Virus record (IMG/VR): IMGVR_UViG_3300006155_000234
Source of the DNA: a virus
Lineage: Duplodnaviria > Heunggongvirae > Uroviricota > Caudoviricetes
Reading direction: 5' to 3' (one strand)
DNA: 64,000 nucleotides
Position 1 is the first letter of the stretch; each line of letters opens with the position of its first letter. A program made the translations under genes and the position numbers. Under the pieces are notes generated by a model. The model searched no databases. It was not told where the DNA came from and was given only the letters and a program-made list of their open reading frames with translations. This document shows, in pieces, positions 1 to 8,921 of the stretch.

Positions 1-810
1 ATAATCTGAACTTAAACTAAATATCTTTATATTCTTATTTGGGAATGCTTCTGTAAACCATTTATAACAACTTTCTTTTGCAGTATCAATATCTTTTAGT
101 CTTGATATATAAAGAACTACTTTTAGATTTTCTTTAAGTTTATTTTTTGATATATTCTCTCTAAGGATATTGGAAACATTTAAAAGTTTATCTATCTCAT
201 ATCTATCTACATCTTCCATTCTTTCATCATATATTTCTTTATCTAATCCTGATAAATCACAATATGCAACAACATAATCTATTTTAGGAGTATATCCTGC
301 CTGAATACCGTCTAATAAATCAAATCTTGATGTTTCAATGCCATCAAAAAAGTCTTCTACAACATTTATCATATCTCCTCTTTCTGGTGTTGCAGTAAAC
401 CCTATTATTTTTGTTTTTCCATTATTAATAATATCAAAAGCATTTATAATAGATTGTCTCCACTTATTTCTTCCTAGCCTATGTACTTCATCACAAATAA
501 TATAATCAATGTTAGAAAAGTTATCTTCTATTTCACTATCTTTCATAAACAATAATGATTGATATGTTTTAATAATTACGTCATAGTCTTGAAATATCTT
601 TTTATATCCTTTAATTAAACTTTTCGCTGGTACAAATACTATAAATTTCTTATCTGGTAATATTTCAATTAATCTTTTTATTAAATAATATGTCTTTCCA
701 TAACCAGTATATCTAACACAACATACCCTATCATTTTGTTTTAATTTACCCAATATTTCACCAATAGTTCTACTTCTATGCTCCTCTAAAGTTATAGATG
801 TACTATTCAT
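1..810 (-). CDS. Superfamily 2 (DEAD/DEAH-box) helicase, N-terminal part; runs off the window edge
   Basis: Manual translation from ATG at 810 (RBS GGAGGA upstream): MNSTSITLEEHRSRT..., Walker A YTGYGKT, DEVH box, TAT motif III. No stop before base 1, so absent from the ORF track. Confidence 0.85.
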   Translation of the reverse strand, partial: MNSTSITLEEHRSRTIGEILGKLKQNDRVCCVRYTGYGKTYYLIKRLIEILPDKKFIVFVPAKSLIKGYKKIFQDYDVIIKTYQSLLFMKDSEIEDNFSNIDYIICDEVHRLGRNKWRQSIINAFDIINNGKTKIIGFTATPERGDMINVVEDFFDGIETSRFDLLDGIQAGYTPKIDYVVAYCDLSGLDKEIYDERMEDVDRYEIDKLLNVSNILRENISKNKLKENLKVVLYISRLKDIDTAKESCYKWFTEAFPNKNIKIFSLSSDY

Positions 811-827
811 GTTATATTCCTCCTTTG

Positions 828-1199
828 TTACATATCTTTTAAAATTCTGTTTATTGCTTCGAAGCCACCAATATATTTATGTTGTTCAGTAGTTGCAGAA
901 GTAATATCATAACTACCTGCATTTTTTATACATTGTGCTCTTTCTTCTTTCAATATGTCCTTCCAATACTCATTATTTTCATATCTTGCTTGAGCAGCAC
1001 CTAATTCATATTCCTTACTCAAACTTTCATTTAATGATTTACATCTATTTAGATATTTATTAAATAATACTTCTATTATATGCAAATTTCCTTGCTGCAG
1101 ATTATTGACAAAAGGGCTTAAATTTTCATCTCCTATTTTTATAAGTCTGTTATAACAATCATTAAATGTTTCAATATCTCTCTTTATCTCTTCATCCAT
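828..1199 (-). CDS. Hypothetical protein (123 aa)
   Basis: ORF track; packed between neighbouring minus-strand genes. Confidence 0.6.
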   Translation of the reverse strand: MDEEIKRDIETFNDCYNRLIKIGDENLSPFVNNLQQGNLHIIEVLFNKYLNRCKSLNESLSKEYELGAAQARYENNEYWKDILKEERAQCIKNAGSYDITSATTEQHKYIGGFEAINRILKDM

Positions 1200-1201
1200 A
1201 T

Positions 1202-1813
1202 CTAATATTTCCTCCTAATCTTTGCTCTTGTTATAAATGAATGTAATCCAAATTTAGCCATATCTTCAAGTAAAAATTCTAATTGTTTTCTGGTTTCATC
1301 ATGTAAAAGCATTCTTTCTTTATTTTTATTATAAAATTCTAATGGAGATTCTTTATTCCATTTATCTCCTAAATATGTTTGTCCAGCAGCAATCATATTA
1401 CATATCATTTCAATTAAATAATTATATGGTATCTCAATAGGTTCTGGAATACTAATATATTTAGTGTAATGTATTGTTTGTCTTTTTGAATATTTACTAG
1501 GAATACTAGGTATAAATTCTCCTGTAGTTTGAATAGGTTTAGGTTCAAAGTTATCAACCCAATATTCCCAATGATGTGGATTATGTCCTCTATGGTGTAG
1601 CCAAGCAAAAGAATAACCTTTATCTTTCTTTTCTGCATCTATTGGGCTACTTGTTCCTTGATAATATTTTGCACTTGTAAAAAATTCAATAGAAGAATAC
1701 TTACTTAAATCGTGTAACAATCCTTGTTTATATAATCCTATTTTAAAACATAGTTTCATTACCTTATGTCTGTGTTTAGTAATTGTTTTAAAATGTTGCC
1801 AATATTTATTCAT
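1202..1813 (-). CDS. DUF5662-like HD-type metal-binding protein
   Basis: HFKTITKH...GLLHDLSKY...AWLHH.GHNPHHWEYW His-rich pattern typical of this phage/Firmicutes family. Confidence 0.7.
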   Translation of the reverse strand: MNKYWQHFKTITKHRHKVMKLCFKIGLYKQGLLHDLSKYSSIEFFTSAKYYQGTSSPIDAEKKDKGYSFAWLHHRGHNPHHWEYWVDNFEPKPIQTTGEFIPSIPSKYSKRQTIHYTKYISIPEPIEIPYNYLIEMICNMIAAGQTYLGDKWNKESPLEFYNKNKERMLLHDETRKQLEFLLEDMAKFGLHSFITRAKIRRKY

Positions 1814-1840
1814 TTATATATCTCCTTCCATTATAATTAT

Positions 1841-1852
1841 TACAACATCTTA
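1841..1852 (-). promoter_or_regulatory. AAGATG-type phage promoter motif, variant (TAAGATGTTGTA)
   Basis: Reverse complement of tacaacatctta; intergenic, upstream of the RBS of the 1813 ORF. Confidence 0.45.
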
Positions 1853-1990
1853 TAAATAGCTATCTAAATAATCTAGTATGTCAAGTTTAGCATCATCACC
1901 TGCTTTAGTAAACATTTCTGTATTCTCAATTAGATGTATTAAATATAAAATATCATCTACAACTGCATCTTTATATTCTTTATCGTCCAT
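1850..1990 (-). CDS. Small acidic hypothetical protein (46 aa, MDDKEYKDAVVDDILYLIHLIE...)
   Basis: Manual translation; GGAGG RBS and a sigmaA-type promoter directly upstream. Confidence 0.65.
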   Translation of the reverse strand: MDDKEYKDAVVDDILYLIHLIENTEMFTKAGDDAKLDILDYLDSYL

Positions 1991-2020
1991 AAATATTACC
2001 TCCTTGTAATTGTTATATTT

Positions 2021-2049
2021 AATATACTATAAGTTTTAAAATATGTCAA
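2021..2049 (-). promoter_or_regulatory. SigmaA-type early promoter with conserved spacer (TTGACA-TATTTTAAAACTTATAG-TATATT)
   Basis: 17-bp spacer identical to the copies at 32781, 49784 and 61402. Confidence 0.85.
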
Positions 2050-2075
2050 GCATTTTTGTAAAATTTTTATAAAAT

Positions 2076-2102
2076 ATAGATAGAGCGTTAAACTCTATCT
2101 AT
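2076..2102 (-). terminator. Intrinsic terminator hairpin ATAGATAGAG-cgttaaa-CTCTATCTAT
   Basis: 10-bp perfect stem just after the stop of the protease gene, followed by a T-rich tract on the minus strand. Confidence 0.75.
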
Positions 2103-2115
2103 TGTAGTATTATTC

Positions 2116-2994
2116 TTAAAATCCAAATATACCTTTAAAGAAATCTGCTATTTTCTCAAATATATTCTTTTCTTCTTGAGTTTGATTTTGTTGTTCTATA
2201 ATAGGTACTTCTGTTGTTTCTTCCTTTTCATCTTCAAGTTTAGTTTCTATAATTTCTCCATTTGCAAGTGTTAAACTTTCTATACCATAACAACCATTTG
2301 CTATTTGACATTTATCTTCATAAGATAACCAAGCTGTTCCATTATTTCCCCATTGAGTACCCCAAGAATTTAATACTAACCATGCACCATCATTTTCAGG
2401 TTTTTCATAGTAGAAATTGTCTTTTGAATAATTATCATCCCAACCTATTATCACTATTGCATGTCCAATAGGTCTTTCTTCTACAAATTTATCTTTACGA
2501 TATATTCCACCTTTATATCTATCTGTTTGTCTATCACATTGAATTGAAGCAAATGTTCCTCCATAGTTCATTATATATTTTTTAACTGTTTCTACATCTT
2601 TATTTATATTCATTGCATACTCAAATTTTTCTATTACTGCTTTTTTAGTTGCTTCATCAAACTTCTTTTGATTTGTTTCATTTATTGCATATTCTTTAGT
2701 AGGAAAATCACTCTCTAATACATGCTTCCCATAAGTACCACCAAAGTCGTTCCAATGTGAAAAATATCCTATTGATAGATTATAATTTATTCCTTTTGTT
2801 TTTTGTATATATGTTTCTATCATTTTTTGCTCTGCATAAATTCCACATAATGATGTTTGCTTTTGATTTTCTACTTCAATACTTATATCATTTCTTAAAT
2901 CATATTTACTTGGTATTTCCTCATCTGTTGCATAAACACTGGTACATAATAGAATTAGAATTAAAATAATACTACTTAAAATTTTATTTTTCAT
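2116..2994 (-). CDS. Secreted papain-like (C1A) cysteine protease
   Basis: Hydrophobic signal peptide (MKNKILSSIILILILLCTSVYA), YDLR, oxyanion Gln and catalytic Cys (NQKQTSLC), GHAIVIIGWDD, NSWG. ATG at 2994 fits the RBS better than GTG at 3003. Confidence 0.85.
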   Translation of the reverse strand: MKNKILSSIILILILLCTSVYATDEEIPSKYDLRNDISIEVENQKQTSLCGIYAEQKMIETYIQKTKGINYNLSIGYFSHWNDFGGTYGKHVLESDFPTKEYAINETNQKKFDEATKKAVIEKFEYAMNINKDVETVKKYIMNYGGTFASIQCDRQTDRYKGGIYRKDKFVEERPIGHAIVIIGWDDNYSKDNFYYEKPENDGAWLVLNSWGTQWGNNGTAWLSYEDKCQIANGCYGIESLTLANGEIIETKLEDEKEETTEVPIIEQQNQTQEEKNIFEKIADFFKGIFGF

Positions 2995-3036
2995 ATAAAA
3001 CACCTCTCAACTATATTATAAACTTAAATTTTAATT

Positions 3037-3065
3037 ATTATACAATAAGTTTTGAAATATGTCAA
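3037..3065 (-). promoter_or_regulatory. SigmaA-type early promoter (TTGACA-TATTTCAAAACTTATTG-TATAAT)
   Basis: Consensus -35/-10 with 17-bp spacer; drives the protease gene. Confidence 0.85.
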
Positions 3066-3141
3066 GTATTATTTTTATAGTTTAATAATTTTGTAAAATA
3101 TTAATGACAGGAAATTTTTATTGAAAGGAGGAATTTATGTA

Positions 3142-5811
3142 ATGGCAAATAAAAATCCACAGGGACCTAAAGTTGGTTCAAACCTACCATCTATAAATAA
3201 TCTTGCTATAAGAACTGAAAAATGGTCTTGGGTAGGGGGTGTGTTAGATGGACAAGAAGCAGGTATATTCATATTCACTAAAATAGAAGCTTGGAGAGAC
3301 CATGCCTATTATGATAAACAATTACATATAAAATTTTATATGGATAGTGAATCTAAATATATGGCAACCAATAAATATACACATGATTGGGAGGCTATTA
3401 TTGGAATACAAAATAAGAAAACAAGATTTTTTTACGAATCTGGTTATGGACAAGCACCATTTCCACCTCAACCTGTAAGTGAAGGAATTATAGGGCATTT
3501 ATGGAGTGGTACTAACCCTATTGAAATTATAGTAGAAAATACAGATAGAAGAGATAGTTGGATTGAACAAGAAGAGAAAGAAAATGGTTTGATACCTGAT
3601 GCTACAATTTATACATACGAAACTGGTAGATTTTCAGAAGCCTATGTAAAGGGATATGTTCATGCTAATGATGTTGGGTCTCATACTGCATCTAAACAAA
3701 TAAAAGCAGATTTCTTTTATCCTCCGTATAGAGAAATAGTAGATAATGATAAACACCCAGACCCTCCACCTGTAGGAAGTAATACTGGAGGAAAAGATAT
3801 AGGAAAAGGAACTGAAAATGAAACTGTAACAATATCTAGTACATATTCTATATCAAGGGTAGGAGATACTCAATCTGTAAGTTGGACTCCTAACGGAACA
3901 TCTGGAAACTATGGTGAATCTATAACAAATAAAGTAATTGTTGATAGAGTAGGTAATTCTAATAGTAGTCCATATAATTTTACAACACCATCTCCTGTTG
4001 CAAGTACCTATAATGCTTATGTAGAAAGATACTATACAAATTATCCAGATATTATGACAAGAAGTAATACACTTTCATTGAAAACTTACTCTAAACCAAG
4101 TCTAACAGGTATTACACTAGGTAAATACACTTTAAGTCCAAGAGCAGGAACAACTTTAGGTATTACATTTAATGGTATAAATAATAGAACACATTCTATT
4201 GAGAACAATTTTAGAAGTGGAATTTGGAGTAATATCAAAGGGAAGTATTATATAGATGAAGTTAAGACAGGAAGTTATAGAGAATTATCATTAGATGAAA
4301 TAAAAACAATGTTTCCAGATACATCTGCTGTAAATGGTATTGTTAATGGAACAGTTTATGGAAATAGAAGAAATTTAGGTGTAAATGGTGGAAATCCAGG
4401 AAATGGTCAACTTGTATATGAAACAAATACTTATTCAAGAGGAATTACTATAAAATATACACCAACAGAAACAATAGACCCAAATAAAGAACCAAATAAT
4501 GACCCATCAAGTAGTGGTTTAAGATATAATAAAAGAGAAAATAGAACACAAGGAGCTAAATTAACTGCAGGGCATACATGGGTTTTACCTAATACCTATA
4601 ATATAAGTAGTATGGATGGTGTTGATGTAACTATTCAATATCCTAAAATAGATAGTTCTGGTGTATTAAGTGGTTATAGAATTAGATTATATTCTGCAAA
4701 TGATGGTTCGCCACATGCAAATGAAAGATATTATGAACATCATTTTGATACTACGAATTATACAGATACTTTTTTAATTCCATATAATGATATTAGAAGA
4801 GGTGTAAGTGGTAATATAATTGAGATTACACCATATTATACATCAAGTAGTGGTGCTAGATGGTATGGACCAACAATTAGTAAAAAATTTGTAGATATTG
4901 CATGGATGTTAAATGACCCAGTAATTGATTGTCCTTTAACAGGAACAACATGGCATAATCATCAATATAGAGTATTATTTAAACTGCCTATTGATAGAGA
5001 TACAAATTATAAAGGACAAAATGATATAGAATTTTATTATGGTGCTGGAACTTATAGATACCAAGAAATTCAAATAGATATAAATGGAACTGTAACTACA
5101 ATAGGGAATAATGCTTATATGAATGCTCAAAATAACTGGAATGGTCCTATTAATATTAATAATGCAAAATTAACTTATTTAAGAAAAATAATAATAAATC
5201 AATCTTTAATACCAACATATAATAATACAAATTATTATATGATTAGAATTAGAATTAGAAAGGCATATGGACAAAATCCTAATTGGGATGGCTGGAGTAA
5301 TTGGTCATCATATATAAATGTTAGTAAACAAACAGTATCTAATGAAAATGTTTTAAGACATCAAACTATAATGGCTTCTCATTACATGAATGTTCAAAAT
5401 GCTTTTAATAGAAGTACTGCTTGTTATGCTAAAACAGCATCAGATAATCAAAATTTTGTAATAAAAGAAAGTTTTGACAGAAGTAGAGGAGATAATATAA
5501 ATGGACCACATTTATCTCCACCTCAAAATACACCATTAGGAACTGTAAAAGAATATGTAAGTGAATTTAATGATTTACATCAAATGAAAAATAAAATAAA
5601 TTCTTATGGAACATTTGATACAGATAAAAACAGAAATCCTGTTAAATTAGATTATCAAAATAAACTATTAGCTACTTTTGTTCCTTCCCAAGAATTTATA
5701 ACTGCTGAAAAAGACCAAAATGGTGCAACAGAATGTGATAGTCCTACAACAATATTAAAGGGTAGAAACTACATGAAATATATGTGTGATGAATTAAATA
5801 ATTTATGGTAG
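3142..5811 (+). CDS. Large G/N/T/Y-rich beta-sheet protein, probably virion structural (tail or receptor-binding)
   Basis: ORF 3121..5811; RBS GAAAGGAGG favours ATG at 3142. Composition and a Pro linker (HPDPPP) fit a multidomain tail protein. No family recognised. Confidence 0.45.
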   Translation: MANKNPQGPKVGSNLPSINNLAIRTEKWSWVGGVLDGQEAGIFIFTKIEAWRDHAYYDKQLHIKFYMDSESKYMATNKYTHDWEAIIGIQNKKTRFFYESGYGQAPFPPQPVSEGIIGHLWSGTNPIEIIVENTDRRDSWIEQEEKENGLIPDATIYTYETGRFSEAYVKGYVHANDVGSHTASKQIKADFFYPPYREIVDNDKHPDPPPVGSNTGGKDIGKGTENETVTISSTYSISRVGDTQSVSWTPNGTSGNYGESITNKVIVDRVGNSNSSPYNFTTPSPVASTYNAYVERYYTNYPDIMTRSNTLSLKTYSKPSLTGITLGKYTLSPRAGTTLGITFNGINNRTHSIENNFRSGIWSNIKGKYYIDEVKTGSYRELSLDEIKTMFPDTSAVNGIVNGTVYGNRRNLGVNGGNPGNGQLVYETNTYSRGITIKYTPTETIDPNKEPNNDPSSSGLRYNKRENRTQGAKLTAGHTWVLPNTYNISSMDGVDVTIQYPKIDSSGVLSGYRIRLYSANDGSPHANERYYEHHFDTTNYTDTFLIPYNDIRRGVSGNIIEITPYYTSSSGARWYGPTISKKFVDIAWMLNDPVIDCPLTGTTWHNHQYRVLFKLPIDRDTNYKGQNDIEFYYGAGTYRYQEIQIDINGTVTTIGNNAYMNAQNNWNGPININNAKLTYLRKIIINQSLIPTYNNTNYYMIRIRIRKAYGQNPNWDGWSNWSSYINVSKQTVSNENVLRHQTIMASHYMNVQNAFNRSTACYAKTASDNQNFVIKESFDRSRGDNINGPHLSPPQNTPLGTVKEYVSEFNDLHQMKNKINSYGTFDTDKNRNPVKLDYQNKLLATFVPSQEFITAEKDQNGATECDSPTTILKGRNYMKYMCDELNNLW

Positions 5812-5842
5812 AGGTAGGAACATATAAGTCCTACCTCTTTTT
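5810..5842 (+). terminator. Intrinsic terminator AGAGGTAGGA-acatataag-TCCTACCTCT-TTTT
   Basis: 10-bp perfect stem plus T run immediately after the stop at 5811. Confidence 0.85.
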
Positions 5843-5859
5843 ATATAAGGAGTGATTTT

Positions 5860-6033
5860 ATGTCTTTAAAAAGTAAATGCTATAAATGTGAAAAGAGATA
5901 TGTAGGTTGTCATTCAAATTGTAATGACTATAAGGAATATAGAAAGGCATTAGATGTTATTAATATTAGAAGGAATAAAATAAAAGAAGATGAAAGAATG
6001 GCTTGGAGGTGTAATCATGGAAAACCCATTTAA
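5860..6033 (+). CDS. Small Cys-rich protein (57 aa, KCYKCEKRYVGCHSNC)
   Basis: Manual translation; AAGGAG RBS; not in the ORF track. Confidence 0.65.
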   Translation: MSLKSKCYKCEKRYVGCHSNCNDYKEYRKALDVINIRRNKIKEDERMAWRCNHGKPI

Positions 6034-6274
6034 TATAAAAGAATTAGAAAAAAATTTAATTGAAAAATTAAGCGAGGTAAAAACAATAATGGATAAACAA
6101 AGAGATGAATTAGCTGTAAGTATTAGAAAGGATGTTGTAGCAGTTCAATTAAAAGATATACTAACTGAAAACTCTAGTTTTTATTCATTAAAAAATGCTT
6201 TAGAAGATTATATAAAAGATTTATATAATAATATACAACCAGTAGAGGAGGACAAAGAAGATGAAATCAACTAA
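6017..6274 (+). CDS. Hypothetical coiled-coil protein
   Basis: ORF 5990..6274; GGAGG RBS favours the internal ATG (MENPFNIK). Confidence 0.6.
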   Translation: MENPFNIKELEKNLIEKLSEVKTIMDKQRDELAVSIRKDVVAVQLKDILTENSSFYSLKNALEDYIKDLYNNIQPVEEDKEDEIN

Positions 6275-6431
6275 TAAAAGTGATTATATAGAATTGATTT
6301 GTAAAAACTTATGTAAAAATTATGATACATGTGATAAAAACCATATATACATAAACACAATTAGTGAGAAAACTTCAAACATAGGTTGTCCTGTTTTTAT
6401 GAAAAAGGGGGATACTATAAATGGAAATTAA
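6261..6431 (+). CDS. Small Cys-containing hypothetical protein (56 aa)
   Basis: Manual translation MKSTNKSDYIELICKNLCKNYDTC...; GAGGAG RBS; overlaps both neighbours. Confidence 0.55.
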   Translation: MKSTNKSDYIELICKNLCKNYDTCDKNHIYINTISEKTSNIGCPVFMKKGDTINGN

Positions 6432-6744
6432 AAGAGGGGAGATTTGGTATTGTAAAAATTTTGGAAATGGTTTACAAGGAATACTATCTGGACCAAGACC
6501 TGTGCTAATAATATCGAATGATGTATTTAATCAATTTAGTCCAGTAGTAAACATATTAGGAATATCAGAACAAAAGAAAGAAAGTCCAGTACATTTTTCT
6601 GTAAATCTTGAAGCAAAAAGCTATATTAACTGTGAACAAATATATACAGTAAATAAATCATCATTAGTTAGGAAAATGTCAACTTTAGATGACCATCAGA
6701 TGTTAGAAATAGAAAATTTATTAACTTTTCAATTACACTTATAA
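6421..6744 (+). CDS. mazF: PemK/MazF-family endoribonuclease (no adjacent antitoxin)
   Basis: IKRGEIW...RPVLIISND.FN.FSP...CEQI.TV.KS.L matches the MazF/PemK pattern. Confidence 0.85.
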   Translation: MEIKRGEIWYCKNFGNGLQGILSGPRPVLIISNDVFNQFSPVVNILGISEQKKESPVHFSVNLEAKSYINCEQIYTVNKSSLVRKMSTLDDHQMLEIENLLTFQLHL

Positions 6745-6755
6745 GATGTTATAAA
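6743..6755 (+). promoter_or_regulatory. AAGATGTTATAAA phage promoter motif
   Basis: Repeated intergenic motif, upstream of an AGGAGG RBS. Confidence 0.7.
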
Positions 6756-6774
6756 TAAATAGGAGGACAAATTT

Positions 6775-7035
6775 ATGGAAAATTCTAATATAGATTTACA
6801 ATCTATTATAAAGAGAATAAATATGTATAAAGTTTCTTCTAGTAATATTTCTGCACTAGGATATAATCAAACAACTCATGTATTAAGGGTCATATTTAGT
6901 AATAATGCTTCTTACTTATATTTTGAGGTAGAACCTTTAATATGGGATGCATTAATTAAAAGTCAAAGTAAGGGAAGATTTTTAACAGAAAATATAATTA
7001 GAAGAAAAGATAAATATAAATATTTAAAAATATAG
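6775..7035 (+). CDS. KTSC-domain protein
   Basis: VSSSNISALGY...L.V.F.N...Y.Y..V...W..L..S.SKG.F KTSC signature. Confidence 0.85.
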   Translation: MENSNIDLQSIIKRINMYKVSSSNISALGYNQTTHVLRVIFSNNASYLYFEVEPLIWDALIKSQSKGRFLTENIIRRKDKYKYLKI

Positions 7036-7050
7036 AAAGGAGGAAATAAG

Positions 7051-7581
7051 ATGTTTGACAGTTTAAAAAGATTACATAAAAGTAAAGCATTATCTAACCT
7101 ACCACATTATAATTATAAGAAATTTTGTAAAAGATTTTCAACATCAAACCCAGCAAGAATATTTTGGTTAGAATCTGATTTTGTTAGGAAATTTGAAATT
7201 AGAGATGCAATGACAAGAGCTTTATTAGAAACAAATTACACTAAAAGTAAAAATGAAAAATGGACTACATCGACTGTTGTTTCATTTATACATTTATATT
7301 TAGAAAGTTTAAGAGTAGATGCAAATGAAGAAATAACTAATGATTTATTAAGTGAAAGATTTAATGTAGGAAAAACAAAAATAAATACATACATATCTAC
7401 ATTTATAAATTTAAAACAAAATCATTATAATTTAAAACAATATTTTACTTGTTATGAATTAGTGTTTTTAAAATATAGAAATCCTAAAACACTAGCAAAG
7501 AACTTGAATGAAAATAAAATCCCATCAAATGAATTGCAACTATTAGATGAGGTGGGTTATATAAATGTAAATAGAAGATAA
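7051..7581 (+). CDS. Hypothetical basic protein, possibly DNA-binding
   Basis: ORF track; strong AAAGGAGG RBS. Confidence 0.6.
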   Translation: MFDSLKRLHKSKALSNLPHYNYKKFCKRFSTSNPARIFWLESDFVRKFEIRDAMTRALLETNYTKSKNEKWTTSTVVSFIHLYLESLRVDANEEITNDLLSERFNVGKTKINTYISTFINLKQNHYNLKQYFTCYELVFLKYRNPKTLAKNLNENKIPSNELQLLDEVGYINVNRR

Positions 7582-7749
7582 AATAAGACAGCAAAAACTA
7601 GGTAAAAAATTTGATGATAATTGGAAAGAAAACTTGGCTAATGCAAAAAAAGTAAAATACTTATGAATAATGGTATTATTGCAAAATATATAAATAGAGT
7701 AGAAGAACAAGATTACTTAAAAAAGGGATGGAAAAGAGGTAGAAAATGA
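7570..7749 (+). pseudogene. Possible frameshifted remnant of a homing-endonuclease-type DNA-binding tail
   Basis: IEDKIRQQKLGKKFDDNWKENLANAKK in one frame continues as SKILMNNGIIAKYINRVEEQDYLKKGWKRGRK if one A is added to an A7 run at 7645-7651. Confidence 0.35.
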
Positions 7750-8825
7750 TGAAACTTAATATTGAATTTGGAAGAACACTACTTATAGATGGTAGTTATG
7801 TCTTACATAGAATGTTATCACAACCAAACCAATGGGATTTACAAACAACAGCTGGTAAGAGAACTGGAGGCATATTTGGATGTTTAAAAAGTATATTTAA
7901 AGAAATGCAAAGATACAACTATTTCCCAATAGTTGTATTTGATGGTGGATTATCACCCAGAAGATTAAATGTATATTCTAATTATAAAAGAAATGAAGAA
8001 AAACAACTACTATTAGAATGTAAAGAATGTGAAAAAACAGAACAACAGATATTAGACGAAGCATTTATGAGAGAATATAGAACACAAAGAAAAGATATTA
8101 TAACAATGTTACATGGATTAGGTATTCCTTGTATTAGACTTGAAGGTTGGGAAGGTGATGACTTACTTTATATATTATCTAAAATGTCAAGAGATAGTAT
8201 TATAATATCAGATGATAAAGATTTAATTCAAGCAGTTTATGAAGATGAAAACAGAAAATGTAGAATTTGGAGAACAATGCACGAAGAAATGTGGGATATA
8301 AATACATTAAAAAGTAAAGAAATGGATGCATGGAAATACATAAACTGCAAAGCAATAATAGGTGACCCATCTGATAATATTCCATCTGCTTGTTATGGTG
8401 TAGGTGAAAAGACTGCTAGTGGGTTATTACAACTTATAGAATCTTGCAATAAATCTAATATTTCTTTTCCACACACAGAGGAAGATTTAGATTGTAAATG
8501 TAAAAACTTCAATATTCCAAAAAGAAAGGCATATATAAATTTTGATAAAGCACAATTTGTAGTGAATATGGAATTAATGAATTTAAAATTAGTTGATAAT
8601 GATATCACAGATGATTTTGTGAATAAATTATATGATGAAGTTATAATGGAATATAGTACAAATGATTTATATTTAGTAGACCAAAAAATAAAAGAATTCG
8701 AAATGTATTCTGTAAATATAAATGAAATATTAAAAAGAGTATCAAAGTTACATGATTATTTAAAAATAGAAGATGAATTAAAAGTAAAAAATAGTTCAGA
8801 AGAATCAATAAATAAATTATTTTAA
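7746..8825 (+). CDS. 5'-3' exonuclease / flap endonuclease (T4 RNase H-like)
   Basis: LLIDGS, VVFDGG, EGDDL, IISDDKDLIQ, GDPSDNIP and GVGEKTA motifs; C-terminus INKLF. Confidence 0.92.
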   Translation: MMKLNIEFGRTLLIDGSYVLHRMLSQPNQWDLQTTAGKRTGGIFGCLKSIFKEMQRYNYFPIVVFDGGLSPRRLNVYSNYKRNEEKQLLLECKECEKTEQQILDEAFMREYRTQRKDIITMLHGLGIPCIRLEGWEGDDLLYILSKMSRDSIIISDDKDLIQAVYEDENRKCRIWRTMHEEMWDINTLKSKEMDAWKYINCKAIIGDPSDNIPSACYGVGEKTASGLLQLIESCNKSNISFPHTEEDLDCKCKNFNIPKRKAYINFDKAQFVVNMELMNLKLVDNDITDDFVNKLYDEVIMEYSTNDLYLVDQKIKEFEMYSVNINEILKRVSKLHDYLKIEDELKVKNSSEESINKLF

Positions 8826-8837
8826 AATTAGATTGTC

Positions 8838-8850
8838 AAGATGTTATAAT
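8838..8850 (+). promoter_or_regulatory. AAGATGTTATAAT phage promoter motif
   Basis: Full consensus copy, intergenic. Confidence 0.7.
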
Positions 8851-8881
8851 GAATAAGATGAAAATTACATGATAAAAACAC

Positions 8882-8904
8882 TTGACAATCTTTAAAACTT
8901 ATAT
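8882..8904 (+). promoter_or_regulatory. Variant early promoter (TTGACA-ATCTTTAAAACTTATAT)
   Basis: Shares the -35 box and TTTAAAACTTATA spacer core with the other copies; the -10 box is poor. Confidence 0.5.
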
Positions 8905-8921
8905 AAGGAAGAGGTAGTTTA

